64,000 nucleotides of DNA from assembly GCA_050575255.1 (NCBI GenBank), contig JBNZDD010013705.1, positions 6,651,620 through 6,715,619 of the forward strand, written 5' to 3'. Position numbers and translations under genes: made by a program. Within the stretch, counting starts at the first letter, position 1, and every line of letters begins with the position of its first letter. Positions 50,736 through 64,000 of the stretch are shown piece after piece. Origin of the DNA: Harriotta raleighana (Eukaryota). The notes under the pieces are model-generated. The model made no database searches. It was not told the DNA's origin and was given only the letters and a program-made list of their open reading frames with translations.

Positions 50736-53700
50736 GATACAGTAGTTTGGGCTCATAAATTGTTCGAGAATGCTTTCTGACACAGGTGTCAATTGGTGTG
50801 AAAGTGTTATTGACAGGAAGTCAGCAAGGATTTCATGATGTGGGAAATACAATGAAACAGAAATTTGATATTTTACTGCCAGATGCACAACACCATGTGA
50901 AGACCAAATAGTCTAATGCACAAAGTAATAATAATTCTTGAATTTGAAATAATAATAATAATCCTTACATTTATGTAGAGCTTTCCACATCTTATCGACA
51001 TCTCAAAGAGCTTTACAGAATACAACAATGTCCCAAGGTAGGGACCAGAGCAGAGGGAGGGGTTGGGATAGGGAGAAAAAGAGAAGGAAGAAAGGGGACA
51101 AAGAAGTAGGGACCAGAGCAGGGGGGGAGGAGTCATGGTAAGGGGAAGAAAAGTAGGAAAATTGACTGTATATTTGTTGGCAAAACCAGTCATTCAAAGA
51201 AAGAACTGAAGGAGCATCCATTTTTATACAATCTATAATAGTGAAACATCTTACGACATTTCATAGTAATTACTGATGCATATAGTGATTGCTTTTCATA
51301 GACGAACCATAGGAATCTACATCATTCTATACCATACATGCTTTCTGCATAAATGCTTCCTGATTCTTAAAGGTAGCCAAAGCAAAACATCCAAACTCTC
51401 ATTCAGCCCAGAATCTTTACCATTACAGTCAGATTGGCTGATTTACTCAACAGATACATTCGAATGACGCAGATTCAGCAATTAACATTTGTATACATTT
51501 CACCTCTGTAAAATGTCTCGAAATGCTTCAAGATTGGAGCTCAAGCTGGAGGAAATCTGAAATTGAGTGGGTGGTATGTGGAGAGGCTGAAAGAGATTGT
51601 TCAAGGATGTAGATCGTGATCTGGGTTTTGAATGCGTAAAGAAAGAAAGGCAGATGGGCTTTGGGANTGCAGATTCAGCAATTAACATTTGTATACATTT
51701 CTTAAAATGCCTCGAAATGCTTCAAGATTGGAGCTCAAGCTGGAGGAAATCTGAAATGGAGTGGGTGGTATGTGGGTGAAGAGGCTGAAAGAGATTGTTC
51801 AAGGATGTAGATCTTGATCTGGGTTTTGAATGCGTAAAGAAAGAAAGGCAGATGGGCTTTGGGATAGAGTTCCAGAGAACAGGGGCAGGATGTCCAGCTG
51901 TCCTTGCCATCCGATGGTGAGGTGGATCAAGTGAGTATGTGAAGCTGGCCAGTGATAGCTAAGTAGAAAGAGCAACTGGGTCAATGGGCTTGCTAGAGGC
52001 CCCAGGTGTAGGTGGAACAAACCCATGGAGAGATTTTAAATTCTTGATATCCCATGGCTATTTGTTCATCTGAATTTGCTCCAATTGCTGCAGTCCCCAA
52101 TTCCTTTCTGAATGAGGAACTCATCTAGTCAAAAAAGCCACTAATCTATTGTAGTCAAAGGATGCAAATTTGGCGCTGTTGATCCAAATGTAGGTTTATC
52201 AGTAATATGTAAACATTTGAAATCTCAGCTGTTGACTTGTATGTCAAAAGCACAGCGCTGCTCCTTGCCCCCTTCTTTCCCTCTTTATGATCATGACTGA
52301 AGACCTTTCTCTTCAATCATGCTTAGGGCCACTTCCTTCAGTTTGGCGTCAGACTCTGTCACAAAATATGTTGCGAGACACTGCCCCACATGAAGGGCAC
52401 AATGTAAATGCAAGTTGCTGTTGTTTTAGGTATGAAAAATGCAACATCTGATGTAACATGTGTGACCCAGTTTAAAGGGCATCTGATGTAATCAATAGGA
52501 CGCTATCCAATATGAAGGACGCTTTGTAAATGCAAGTTGTGTTGTTGAATTATTTATTACATTGCAATAATGTGTGGATAAACCATTTAATAATCCTCAA
52601 CTGCTCTCAAGTGGGTGTGATTACCCACTACAACTGAAGTGCCACATTTTCAACTCAAAGTCAAATACCCTTTGAAGTGCCAGCTAATATTATCTTGATC
52701 AACAATATTAGCTGGCACTCAACAGGCATTATCTCATTGACTGGAAAGCTTCATTGGATAATTGGTAAGCACAGCAAAATCCTATTTCATCTCCACCTGT
52801 GCCGATGAATGCCCTTCATAAAACTCTGTCAACAGGTTTACTCTTTCCTATTCCAAAAAATCTTTTCATTTTGTTTATCTACATTAACATCCATCTGTCA
52901 CTTTTCAACCCATCTGTTTAATTGGCATTAATGTTCTGAAAAGTTACTTATCCTTTCCATATTAATATTAGTCCCCGTCCCGCATAGCTCACTTTCCTCA
53001 GTGTATCCTAGTTGTGGTTCCCAAACATCTTCTATGCTGCAGATGTCAAGGTAACTGATCCATTGTTGCCAGGTTTATGGGATAAAATATGCAGGATCAT
53101 AAGCCATTTGACATTGAATCAGCTATCAAACGGCTGATTCAATGTTAACTGGATTATGACTACCGTATTATCTTACCCTTATGCATTTGAAGACTGCAAA
53201 TAAATGAATTGACCTGTGTGACCTTCGTCTCAGTCCCTCTATGCTACACACAGTTCTTAAGGCAGCAAGGTATGATATCAAATGGGTTGAGCAAACNATA
53301 CCTTCGTCTCAGTCCCTCTGTGCTACACACAGTTCTTAAGGCAGCAAGGTATGATATCAAATGGGTTGAGNCCTTCGTCTCAGTCCCTCTATGCTACACA
53401 CAGTTCTTAAGGCAGCAAGGTATGATATCAAATGGGTTGAGCAAACTTTATAATCACCCTCCCTTGTTAATCAAGCAAACCTTATGATCATGTGTATTAA
53501 TGAAGACCAAAAGCTTGATTCTTAATTCTTCGTTATTATGCTTTCTTTGAATTTTTTTTGTTAGCATCGCAGGCCAGAAATTTGCCACATGAAGCAGCAA
53601 ACAGAAAACAGTGACAACAGTGTAACAATATGAATGGCATTGGACATTTTTCAACATTGTGGTAAATATCAACAATCTTTGTCTTTGATATATAATGTCT

Positions 53701-53759
53701 TATCACATCATTGTGGCATATCAAAGAATTTCACAGAATCTACTGTAGAGTCCAAGCAA

Positions 53760-54985
53760 AATGGCAAAAATTGCACACTACTCAAACATAATTCCCAATT
53801 CCTATTCTCCGCCGCACACCACCTTCTCCCTGCAGCTCCTCAAGCAACCTCAATCATCACATCCAACACCAATTGCAAAGAGATTATGGACCTCATTACC
53901 TCCAAAATTGATCACATCCACCTGGCAAGCTCATCCTTCTTCCCCATGTCGCCCACCACTATCCCCATTCCATATCCCTCACGCACCCTTCCCTCAGCTC
54001 CCACCAAGGCCCCCATGCTGTATTCATTTGCCTCCATCTCTCCTTCCTCCCTCTCATCCACCATCACCACAATTGAACTTACTACCTGTTGCTTCAAACC
54101 CCTCTGCACCCGACTCCCTTTCCTTTACCCACTAGAGACTATTAACTATTCTCTCTTCAAGTTCAATCCCACTTGCCTCTCCAACCTGTGATCATCACCC
54201 CACTCCTTAAAAAACCTACTCTCGATCCCTCCAACCTTGGCCACTACCACTCTATCTCTAACCTGTCCTTCCTTGCAAAAGCTCTGGAATGCATAGTTGC
54301 CAACCAACATTGTTCACATCTCTCCCTCCACACCCGACTCAAATCTCTCCAGTCCAATTTTCGCCCTGCCCACAATATAGAGACAGTATTTGTGAAAATT
54401 ACAAATGATCTCTCTCTATCTGCAACAAGAACTCCTCTGCCTCCTCGTCCTGCTGGACCTCTCCACTGTGTTCGACACAGTCAATCACAGAATCCTCCTC
54501 CACTGCGTGTCCTCCATCATCCACCTCAATGGGACCGCATTTGCTTGGATGAAACACAAACTGCCAGTATCACATGTCTGCAAATGATTTTTCTTTTCAC
54601 TTCTGCCCGGTTTCATGTAGGATAACCCAAGGATCCATCCATGTCCCCCTTCTTTTCCTCAACTATATGCTTCCACACATATGCGGATGACATTCCTTTT
54701 CCTCCTCCAGCCATGATCCCAAGTCCCCTGATGCTCTGTCAGCTTGTCTGTCGGAGCTCAACAACAACAACAACTTTAATTTATGTAGCACCCTCCACGC
54801 CAGGTGGCAAATCAGAGCACCTCACAATAGCGGGTACCGGGACCGAGCCAGCGGCAGGGGTAGAAAGGTGACCAAAGGAGCGGTCGAAGAGAAAGATCTT
54901 TAGCTGGGCCCTGAAACTTGAATCAAGTGCTGGATGAGCGCGTATTTTCTGCAATTAAACATTAACAAGACAGAAGCCATACTGT
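53760..54985 (+). pseudogene. L2 LINE ORF2 reverse transcriptase fragment, decayed
   Basis: Encodes VIITPLLKKPTLDPSNLGHYHSISNLSFLAKALE..QSNFRPAHNIET, LLVLLDLSTVFDTVNHRILL, TQGS, FHTYADD and WMSAYFLQLNINKTEAI. Interrupted at ~54758-54915 by a minus-strand L2 tail. Confidence 0.9.
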
Positions 54986-56073
54986 ACCACATCAATCTTC
55001 TTGACCTCTCCTTAAAACTCTCTGTGCCTTTTGGCAGTGAGTTGCATATTCTCAACATCTTGTGGGTGAAGAGATTCCTCCTAAACTCTGTTAAATCTAC
55101 TACTGACTATCATATGTACATCCTTCACTTTTGGACACACCAATAAGCCTTTCAAAATTCACCTTATGAAAAGCATTCATAATCTTAAACATTACTACTA
55201 GGTCCCCTCTCAATTGCACATACTTTAAGACGAAAAGTTGCAACCTGGCCAATCATACCTGATCGCTGTCCTACATCATACCCTGTATTTTACTGAAGTG
55301 TTAACATCCTATTCTATACCATACATTTCCATAAGAGTTGATAGTCTGACATTTATTCCTAGTACAGTATGTGTATAGTAGCACATAGCTAATATTATCT
55401 ACCAACTCGACCATAAAGAATATGTTTATGTTTGTTAAACAACATTAAATTGGTTACATTATTTTTATTTCTCTCTTTATCCATTAGCTTTCGCTTATGA
55501 TCTCTAGTCAGAGGACAAAATATCCTCAGAAGCCCTGTGTAACATAAATTAATTGCTTATTTTTTCCTGGAGTAATTCCCAGTTGTTAAGTATTTCACAG
55601 CTGTTCATTTTTATTTCATGGGAAACCTTCTGTTGCTTTATTCCTATATTGTTTCTTCCCATTCTGTTATAAGATGAACCATTTGCCAACTGTATTTTAC
55701 TGATAATGTCCATTCAACCTATCATTTCATCCACCGAATTTAAGCATTATTATTCTATCACAGTAAAATCCCATTTATCTGGCACCCACAGGACCTGGCC
55801 AGTGGCAGTTAAATGTTTTTTGGTTGAACTTTAAAAAAAAAACGTTTTTTTAAATTAAAAATTATTTTAACANGGTTGAACATTAAAAAAACAACTTTTT
55901 TTAAAATTAAAAATTATTTTAACACATATCATATTAATAATAGACTAAATAATAACAGATAATACCAATATTGTATGGGTATTTTATTGTAAATGTTGTA
56001 CACTATACCATATAAATAATAGAATAAATACAGTAATAATAGATACTATAATAACAGAATATTATATGGCTAN

Positions 56074-56766
56074 GCTTCAAACCCCTCTGCACCCGACTCC
56101 CTTTCCTTTACCCACTAGAGACTATTAACTATTCTCTCTCTTCAAGTTCAATCCCACTTGCCTCTCCAACCTGTGATCATCACCNACTTCAAACCCCTCT
56201 GCACCCGACTCCCTTTCCTTTACCCACTAGAGACTATTAACTATTCTCTCTTCAAGTTCAATCCCACTTGCCTCTCCAACCTGTGATCATCACCCCACTC
56301 CTTAAAAAACCTACTCTCGATCCCTCCAACCTTGGCCACTACCACTCTATCTCTAACCTGTCCTTCCTTGCAAAAGCTCTGGAATGCATAGTTGCCAACC
56401 AACATTGTTCACATCTCTCCCTCCACACCCGACTCAAATCTCTCCAGTCCAATTTTCGCCCTGCCCACAATATAGAGACAGTATTTGTGAAAATTACAAA
56501 TGATCTCTCTCTATCTGCAACAAGAACTCCTCTGCCTCCTCGTCCTGCTGGACCTCTCCACTGTGTTCGACACAGTCAATCACAGAATCCTTCTCCACTG
56601 CGTGTCCTCCATCATCCACCTCAATGGGACCGCATTTGCTTGGATGAAACACAAACTGCCAGTATCACATGTCTGCAAATGATTTTTCTTTTCACTTCTG
56701 CCCGGTTTCATGTAGGATAACCCAAGGATCCATCCATGTCCCCCTTCTTTTCCTCAACTATATGCT
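56074..56766 (+). repeat. Near-identical duplicate of the L2 RT segment 54090-54671 (likely assembly artefact)
   Basis: Almost identical ORFs (54173 vs 56268). Bounded by single N characters and a long gap. Confidence 0.8.
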
Positions 56767-57125
56767 NNNNNNNNNNNNNNNNNNNNNNNNNNNNNNNNNN
56801 NNNNNNNNNNNNNNNNNNNNNNNNNNNNNNNNNNNNNNNNNNNNNNNNNNNNNNNNNNNNNNNNNNNNNNNNNNNNNNNNNNNNNNNNNNNNNNNNNNNN
56901 NNNNNNNNNNNNNNNNNNNNNNNNNNNNNNNNNNNNNNNNNNNNNNNNNNNNNNNNNNNNNNNNNNNNNNNNNNNNNNNNNNNNNNNNNNNNNNNNNNNN
57001 NNNNNNNNNNNNNNNNNNNNNNNNNNNNNNNNNNNNNNNNNNNNNNNNNNNNNNNNNNNNNNNNNNNNNNNNNNNNNNNNNNNNNNNNNNNNNNNNNNNN
57101 NNNNNNNNNNNNNNNNNNNNNNNNN
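56767..57125. other. Assembly gap (N run)
   Basis: Run of N. Confidence 1.
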
Positions 57126-57704
57126 TAAATACAGTAATAATAGATACTATAATAACAGAATATTATATGGCTACTTTATTGTAAATGTTGAACAATACTA
57201 TATAAATAATAGACTAAATACACTAATAACAGATATTATAATAACAGAATATTGTATTAGTACTTTATTATTTCTACTTAACTTCGCAATGGCTGCGAAA
57301 ACAAAATGGAGGAAAACAAAACGACAACACGACTTTTTTAAAAAAAAAGTCAGTACCGCGACTTTTAAAAGGAGCAGGAACGAGTTTAGACTCGACTAGC
57401 GGCCAGCCGAGTACCTGCACAAGTACTCGCGGGCAACAATCGATTCATTAAATGCGTCATCACTATGCTGCTGGATAACTTCCGGTTTATCGAATCGGGA
57501 CTTTTTTTGAGGCTCGGGTTCAACGGGTTTTTGGGTTCATCGAGTCACAGATAAATGGGCTTTTACTGTATTAAAGAAAAGCACGTTCAAAATTCTATTA
57601 AAAAAATTACAGCAATGTTTAATTCTGCTATTTTCAATCAACATGCTTTAACGCAAAATATACTAATACTGCATATCAACTTGTATTTTGATGACAACTT
57701 ACTC

Positions 57705-58110
57705 TCATAGAATCCTAGAAATTTACGACACAGAAGCTAGCATTGGATCTATGGAGTCTGCAGAAGCTGTTATAGCAAGGTGCTTGTTCAATCCTCCAGC
57801 CCTGACTTATCTCCATATCTCTTTCATGCTCTTTTGTGTATATTTGCCCATCTAAAAAAATGCCCTAGCTCTTCTTTCGCAACTATCTTATACTTTGCTC
57901 CTTGTCACTGACACCCCTACCAGTGAAAATGACTTCTCCCTATTCACCATATCAAACACCTCTTAATTGTGTCAAGTTTCCTCTCAACTTTATTTGTTCC
58001 AATGAAAATTCCAATTTTCCAATCTCTCTTCATAACCAAAGCCCTGTTATCATTCTTGTAAACATCAAGGCCTTCTCACCCCAAGTAGCTCATGATTGCA
58101 GAATGGATTT
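57705..58110 (-). mobile_element. Old CR1-type LINE 3' end
   Basis: CATAGAATCCTAGAAATTTACGACACAGAAG resembles the reverse complement of the CR1 3' terminal (ATTCTATG)n repeat. Confidence 0.5.
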
Positions 58111-59324
58111 TATTGAATTTCCAGTATTCTCTGGTCAAATAAAAGTGACAATAAACGTTAGTCTTTAATCCTTGCATTTAAAATAGTGCTTTTCACATCT
58201 TATCGACGTCCCAAAGCGTCCCAAAATTTACATTTTTTTTAGTCTTCATTGATGCTTTAATGAAAAATGATCTCACGTTGAACTTAACTTCCTTTAGAGA
58301 GACTTAAGAGTATAGACTGCAGATTGCACTGAGGTACATTATTGAAATCTTCAAGGTAAACACAACAATCTACTCATGGAGAAAGCCCACATTTTGACAA
58401 CAGAATGAGGAAAGGAAGGCTTCTTTCATTGGACCAGCAGAATATTTATTACAGAATTCCAACACTGGAAAGACAGGAAGGATGCTAAAATCAACTGTTG
58501 CTAATCTTTCTATGCTCCTACTCTGGATTTCCTCTGCAATTCCCTTACCCTAAATGCACTTAACAAATAAATGCTTCAGTTGTGCCTTCTTGTATGGATT
58601 AATCATTTGTACCATTAATTGTGAAAAGTGTGTCAGCCTGGCTCAGTGGTAGCATTCTCACCTCTGAGTCCGAAGGTTATGGTTTGACTTGACTGTCTAC
58701 AAACAGTCAAGTCCCACATCGATCTTGTAGCATGAAAACTTTTGCAGTTGACAATATTCCGTTTTTTTTAAAAACCAGTAATAAATGAAATGTTTAGTCA
58801 CTGCGTAGTAATTCCTATGACAGCGCTTGACAGAGAACAAATTAGCAGAGGCCTCTGATCTGACAGCAGCAACTGTGCTGAAGGGCAACCTTTAGGGATT
58901 TGGACCTGCAGTCTGTTTAGAGATTGTCGAAATGAAAAAAAAAGTGATAAAGATAAGAACCCAAAGCATTGGAAGACACAATTTAAAAAAAGTTTTTTTT
59001 TGAATGAGGCTGTAACTGTGCTGAAACTTCTCTTTGAGGTGTTTATTTTACTTCAAAGGGATACTGTATTCAAAGTTATGATATGCTAATAATGTTCTTT
59101 ATACTTGCTGTAGTACGCATTGTGTCTCAAAGTGCTTGACAGGATATATTATAAAGTGGAATGATTATATTTTGTAGGCAATTGTGGCAGTCAATTTGCC
59201 CATAGCAATATCTCACATACAGCCACAATGCTTATGAAATGCAATTTTACCATACTTTATTTCATTTTATTTTCATCCTGTATAATACTATGAGAATGGA
59301 ATATCTAACTTCACTCAGTTTCAT

Positions 59325-59840
59325 TCCTTCCCTCTTTGTTGGTCTCCCCAACTCTTCCCTCCACAAGCTGCAGATATCAAGATATCTGCAGCTTGTGTCC
59401 TTTCTCGCATTACGCTCCGTGACCCCATCACCCTCACGCTCGCATGGCTCCACTGGCTCCCCATCCCTCAGAGGATACAGTTCAAAATCTTTGTCCTCTC
59501 TTTCAAGGCCCTCCACGGCTTTGCATCTATTTAGCAGGCTCTGTCCTGCTCCAGGTTTCCTGACCATTGGTGGCTGGGCTTCCAGCGTCTCTGCCGCCAT
59601 TATTTAGAACTCCATCGCACAATTCTTTCAGCTTACTCCCTCTCTTGCCTCGTTGAAGGCAAGACTTAAGACCATAATTATTTTACCTTGCCTTCAGCCG
59701 TCCTCCTATCCCATCTGCCCTCCCTCATCCCAATCCTGTCCCCCCATGTTCGAGTCCTGATTCCTGATTGTTTGGAGCCTTGGGATGTCCTGTTGAAGTG
59801 AAAGGTGCTTTATGCACCAATAACTGTTGTTATTGTTGTT
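59325..59840 (+). mobile_element. L2 LINE 3' fragment
   Basis: Encodes SLFVGLPNSSLHKLQ and IGGWASS. Stem-loop and TTG tail present. Confidence 0.8.
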
Positions 59841-60269
59841 AACTCTCTTGTTCACATTTTCTAATTTCTTATGCAATCTTTTTCTGAGTCCTGTATTCAG
59901 TGAGATTTTCCTCTATTCTCTGCCTTTCCTTTTATAATAACAGTTCTGTCTATAATATTCAATGATTTTGTCACTTTTTACTTCCAGTAAGAAAGATCTT
60001 TTCATAGAATCTACTCATGTCTCAAAACTGGCTCAAAACTTTTATGCTAATTATTCTAACGTAATTGCTGCATTTTGGAAGCAAACAGAGAAGGCATTCG
60101 TGTCAGGAAGATCGCACCAACAGCCATGAGGTAAAGGGACAATTTATCTATTATTAGTAATCAGCCTGTGTCAGCTTGTCTTAATTGCTAGCATTCTCGA
60201 CTCTGAGAGAANAGAGAAGATCGCACCAACAGCCATGAGGTAAAGGGACAACTTATCTATTATTAGTAA

Positions 60270-60718
60270 CCAGCCTGTGTCAGCTTGTCTTAATTGCTAG
60301 CATTCTCGACTCTGAGAGAAAAGGTGTGGATTCAAGTTCCATGCCGGAACATTCCACTCACAGTTTAGGCTGACACTTCAATGACGTGGTGGAAGTGTGA
60401 TTCATCACTGGAGGGGCTGTCTCTCGGATGAGACGTTAAACCGAGGCCCCATCTGCCTGTTCAGATGGACGTGAACAATCCCATGCACCAGTGAAAAAAG
60501 CAAAGTGAGTTTCTCCCTTTGTATGGGCACCAATCCCACAAATGTAAATGGTTACTCACATCATGAGTGTTTGTATGCTGTGTGCTAATTGATTGACACA
60601 TTTTCCTGCAAGTGGACAGTCAATACACTTCAAAGTGAAACCCATGAAGCCATTTGAGATATCTTGATGATCTGATAAGGACCTATATCAAATGCAATGA
60701 TTATCATTATTATTTATT
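60270..60718 (+). mobile_element. Deu-domain-like SINE, near full length
   Basis: Core CTCGGATGAGACGTTAAACCGAGGCCCCATCTGCCTGTTCAGATGGACGT, a tRNA-like head and an ATT tail. Confidence 0.75.
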
Positions 60719-62604
60719 TGATTACAAGTGAGCTTTAGCCATGCGTGATTATTCATCTAAAATAGGTCAATTATTTTCTGAACCACAATTGCTATTCATA
60801 TCATTTCCCATTATAAGGACTGTAAATAAAGGTTAAATTTAACCTTTGGTCAGTTTCAATTCACAGATGCACGAAGCACTCTATACTGTCCTTATTCTAA
60901 TTTCTTTGCTATCTCTGTTGGGCATTTTTTCAGGTTCACAAATATGGATGAATAGGCACACAAGCCAGCAAGTATCAGCTAGAATTAATTTCTACTTTGT
61001 TTTTATGGAGCTGAACTGAACATAACTTTTTTTTAAAGTTCACATTGTACGCAATATGTTGAAATTGAAAACATCACAGCTGTTTTTCTTCAGCTCGAAT
61101 TGGCAATTAGTGTCAAGGAAACAAGCTGAAAGGAAGACTGGAGTATTTTCCAATCCACTGGACCTTGTTTAGCAGAATAATATTAGCCTGATTTCAAGGT
61201 GGCTTGCTGCTGAAAATGAAAAGCCTGTAGAAGCTGTATGAGCAAGGAGCCAATCAGTTGCATGCAGGGCAGATAATATGAGCTGAAATATACGCGCCTA
61301 ATGCATCAAATTACTTTTTAGGCTTGCTATTTAAAATCAGCTGTATTGTATGGCAAACCGAGAAGCAGTATTGTTTAAAAGTCTCGGCTCACAACTTTTA
61401 TTGAAATAACCTTTAAACTTGTAAAGGAATGGGAAGGAAGAAAGAATACAGCTTGCATTTGGAGATTCTCTGTGGGGTGAAGGGGATTGTCTCAGCGAAT
61501 TTATTCACAATCCACAAAATGCAACGTAGATTCACTCAGTCCTTCAATTCAAACATTACAAGTCACCCTCGTTCAAATCAACCTCTTTCACTCTTTCAAA
61601 TCTGCAAATCACTCTTCCCGGAATCCTTTCATACTTGCAACATCCATATTTAATTGCCACTTATATCATTAAAGCAAATATGCAACACCCATCACCATAC
61701 TTAACACTATCAGACAAATCAGAGTTTATTTCAAACATACCTATTATAACTGGAAAGTTTCCTATGTCTGGAATGCACACTCTCTTCCGAGAGGGATACA
61801 TCCTGTTTACATAATTCAGGAGAATACTAGGCCTAGGTTGGCGAGAGCTGGGGCTTGGTGACACAAAGTGTGTGTTGGAAGTTTAACCAGCTAACACCAC
61901 AGCTTGCTATTGAGAGTACTGCTTGGCAAGCTTCCCACTACTTGTTCACTCTACCTGTCAGGGCTTTGACTAGCATGGTTAACAAGAGCTGAGAGGAATA
62001 AATCCCAGCCCGCATTGACCCCCAAGTCCTGCTGATGAGCCTGGCTTCCTGTCATCAGCAGTACCTCAGACATGCCTGTCTTGGCAACCATGTTTAATTT
62101 ATATGATCAAAGACATCTTAGTGTCAAACGTGATAAGATGGCACAATGTCTGTCTGATGACATTTTTTGTTTTCGAACATCCTATAATGTCAGGTTAGCA
62201 CTCAATGCATGTTAATGACATTACTTGTTGATCCTAGAAGAAGAGCACATTTAGGTCAGATCCAAGTGAAGATTCACTTAAATATACAGTCATGGTCATG
62301 GCCAAAAATATATCTATTCCAGTATTACAACAAGTAATATGTTTCTAGCTGTTCCTTTGGGCAGATGTGTTTTTAAAAGGTAAATGCACAGAAACCATTT
62401 AAATTCAAATGCATTTGAATTTGCATTTAAATGTGCTTGAGACAATAGTCTATATATTAACTGCACATTTCTATTTGTTTCAAAATCTGAGTGAAACTTT
62501 GAAGTTGACTAAAACAATTTGAAAGATTTGTATTTATACCTGATCCTTTGGGAGACAGATGGCATTTAGTCACAATGGGGACACAACACAATTTAGACAC
62601 ACTC

Positions 62605-63260
62605 ATATAACAATAACAACTTGCATTTGCATAGCACCTTTCACACAAGGTAGCATCGCAGAGTGCTTGAGAGTGGCAGAACACTGCCTAGCTGGAAGGA
62701 GAAGGAAGATGGCATGTTGAAGAGGAAGGTCTTCAAGTGTGACCTGAAGCTGGGAAAGTAGGAGGCAAGGCGGAGGGATTGAGGGAGTGTTCCAGAGTTT
62801 TGGGTTGTAATGGCTGAAAGTGCGGCCACCGAAAGTTGAATGGAGGCCACAGGGGCAAACAGGAGGCTGGAGCCAGTAGAGTGGCTCTGAAACTGCCTTC
62901 CTCACTCCCTTCGCCTTCCCCCCTCTCTTCCCTGTTTCAGGTCCCAGCTCAAGATCTTNAAGTTTTGGGTTGTAATGGCTGAAAGTGTGGCCACCGAAAG
63001 TTGAATGGAGACCACAGGGGCAAACAGGAGGCTGGAGCCAGTAGAGCGGCTCTGAAACTGCCTTCCTCACTCCCTTCGCCTTCCCCCCTCTCTTCCCTGT
63101 TTCAGGTCCCAGTTCAAGATCTTTCTCTTCGACTGTGCCTTTGGTAACCTTTCTACCCCTGCTCCTGGCTTGCCGGGATCCATTGTTGTGAAGCACTCTG
63201 AGATGCTGTCCAGCGTGGAGGGAGCGATATAAATCAAAGTTGTTGTTGAGCAGAGATAGT
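62605..63260. mobile_element. Head-to-head L2 3' fragments (minus then plus), with internal assembly duplication
   Basis: Minus strand encodes GGRTFSHYNPKLWN. Plus-strand tail GTCCAGCGTGGAGGGAGCGATATAAATCAAAG(TTG)n. Confidence 0.7.
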
Positions 63261-64000
63261 GGGTTGAGGAGTAANGCACTCTGAGACGCTGTCCAGCGTG
63301 GAGGGAGCGATATAAATCAAAGTTGTTGTTGAGCAGAGATAGTGGGTTGAGGAGTAAGTAGGTCAGAGAAATAGAAAAGTCCCAGGGCTTGAAGATGAGT
63401 TTGGGGATCTGAAATCGATCCATTCAGTGAACAGGAGCCAGTGGAGTCTGGCAAGAACTGGTTTGGTGAGGGTACGAAGTTTATTGCGGCTGTGTATAAT
63501 AACGACTTACATTTATATAGCATCCTTCATGAGGGGCAGCATTAAATACATGTCACACTGCTTTTATACCGCCTGTTGCTTTGTTTTTCTGCCCGAATAG
63601 AAAAGCATCCAGTAAATTTGTAAATACATTTGCATTTGGAGACAACACATTTGGATTTACATTTAAATGGGGAAAAAGGGTGAAATAATTGATTTTGCTT
63701 CTTGCATTTATAATATTGTAGAACATTTGCATTCACTCAGTTGCATTTGAACCTGAGCCTGGTTATAAAGAATGTATTGAGAATGTATGGGAAGGAATGC
63801 TTGGACACTATTACTATCGATCGGTGGTTCAACTAATTCTGGGATTAAACAACAATAGTTAGAAATTCAAAGGCATCAATTTGTTTACGAATCAGCAACA
63901 TTAACCCAGATAAGAATTGCGTTTAAGATGCAATTTAACCTTCATGAACCTTGCCGAAACTTCAAAAAATCAATTGGAATTTAAAAGAATGGAAAGCTCT

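Larger units (their letters stand above)
55761..57568. mobile_element. Second copy of the 3115-3580 MITE, inflated by misassembled sequence and a gap
   Basis: CAGTAAAATCCCATTTATCTGGCACCC...GATAAATGGGCTTTTACTG|TA. Internal sequence matches 3115-3580. Confidence 0.8.

Noticed and set aside
53222-53446. Three ~75-bp tandem repeats resembling an array or CRISPR
   Set aside because: Units are separated by single N characters, have no spacers and sit in eukaryotic DNA. Treated as an assembly artefact, as are 31965-32150, 48899-49217, 51470-51860, 60108-60320 and 62796-63350.
62396-62433. Palindrome AAATTCAAATGCATTTGAATTT
   Set aside because: Short, AT-rich and low-complexity, with no supporting context.
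245-63736. Short ORFs in the supplied track as host genes
   Set aside because: They are off-frame or antisense readings of L2/SINE repeats, low-complexity, or span N. None has a recognisable host protein domain or a consistent exon chain.

Overview
AT-rich, repeat-dense eukaryotic DNA from a draft vertebrate assembly. The repeat repertoire suggests a cartilaginous fish, possibly a holocephalan such as Callorhinchus; this is an inference, not a database result. That repertoire comprises many 5'-truncated L2 LINE ends with (TTG)n tails, tRNA-headed SINEs, Deu-domain-like SINEs, and CR1 and Penelope relics. I found no host protein-coding exon that I can support, so the window reads as intronic or intergenic. 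All recognisable coding signal is decayed transposon sequence: Gypsy RNase H/integrase between two partial LTRs (36.3-38.4 kb), L2 reverse transcriptase (53.8-55.0 kb), a Penelope GIY-YIG fragment (24.8 kb) and CR1 RT remnants. TA-flanked Tc1/mariner-pogo-type MITEs and one hAT MITE are also present. The most notable unexplained structures are several fold-back palindromes, the largest with ~300 bp arms at 34.0-35.0 kb and a SINE at its centre, and an inverted pair of Penelope termini with decayed hammerhead-like cores. Many near-identical duplications bracketed by N are probably assembly artefacts. All coordinates and identities were read by eye and are approximate.
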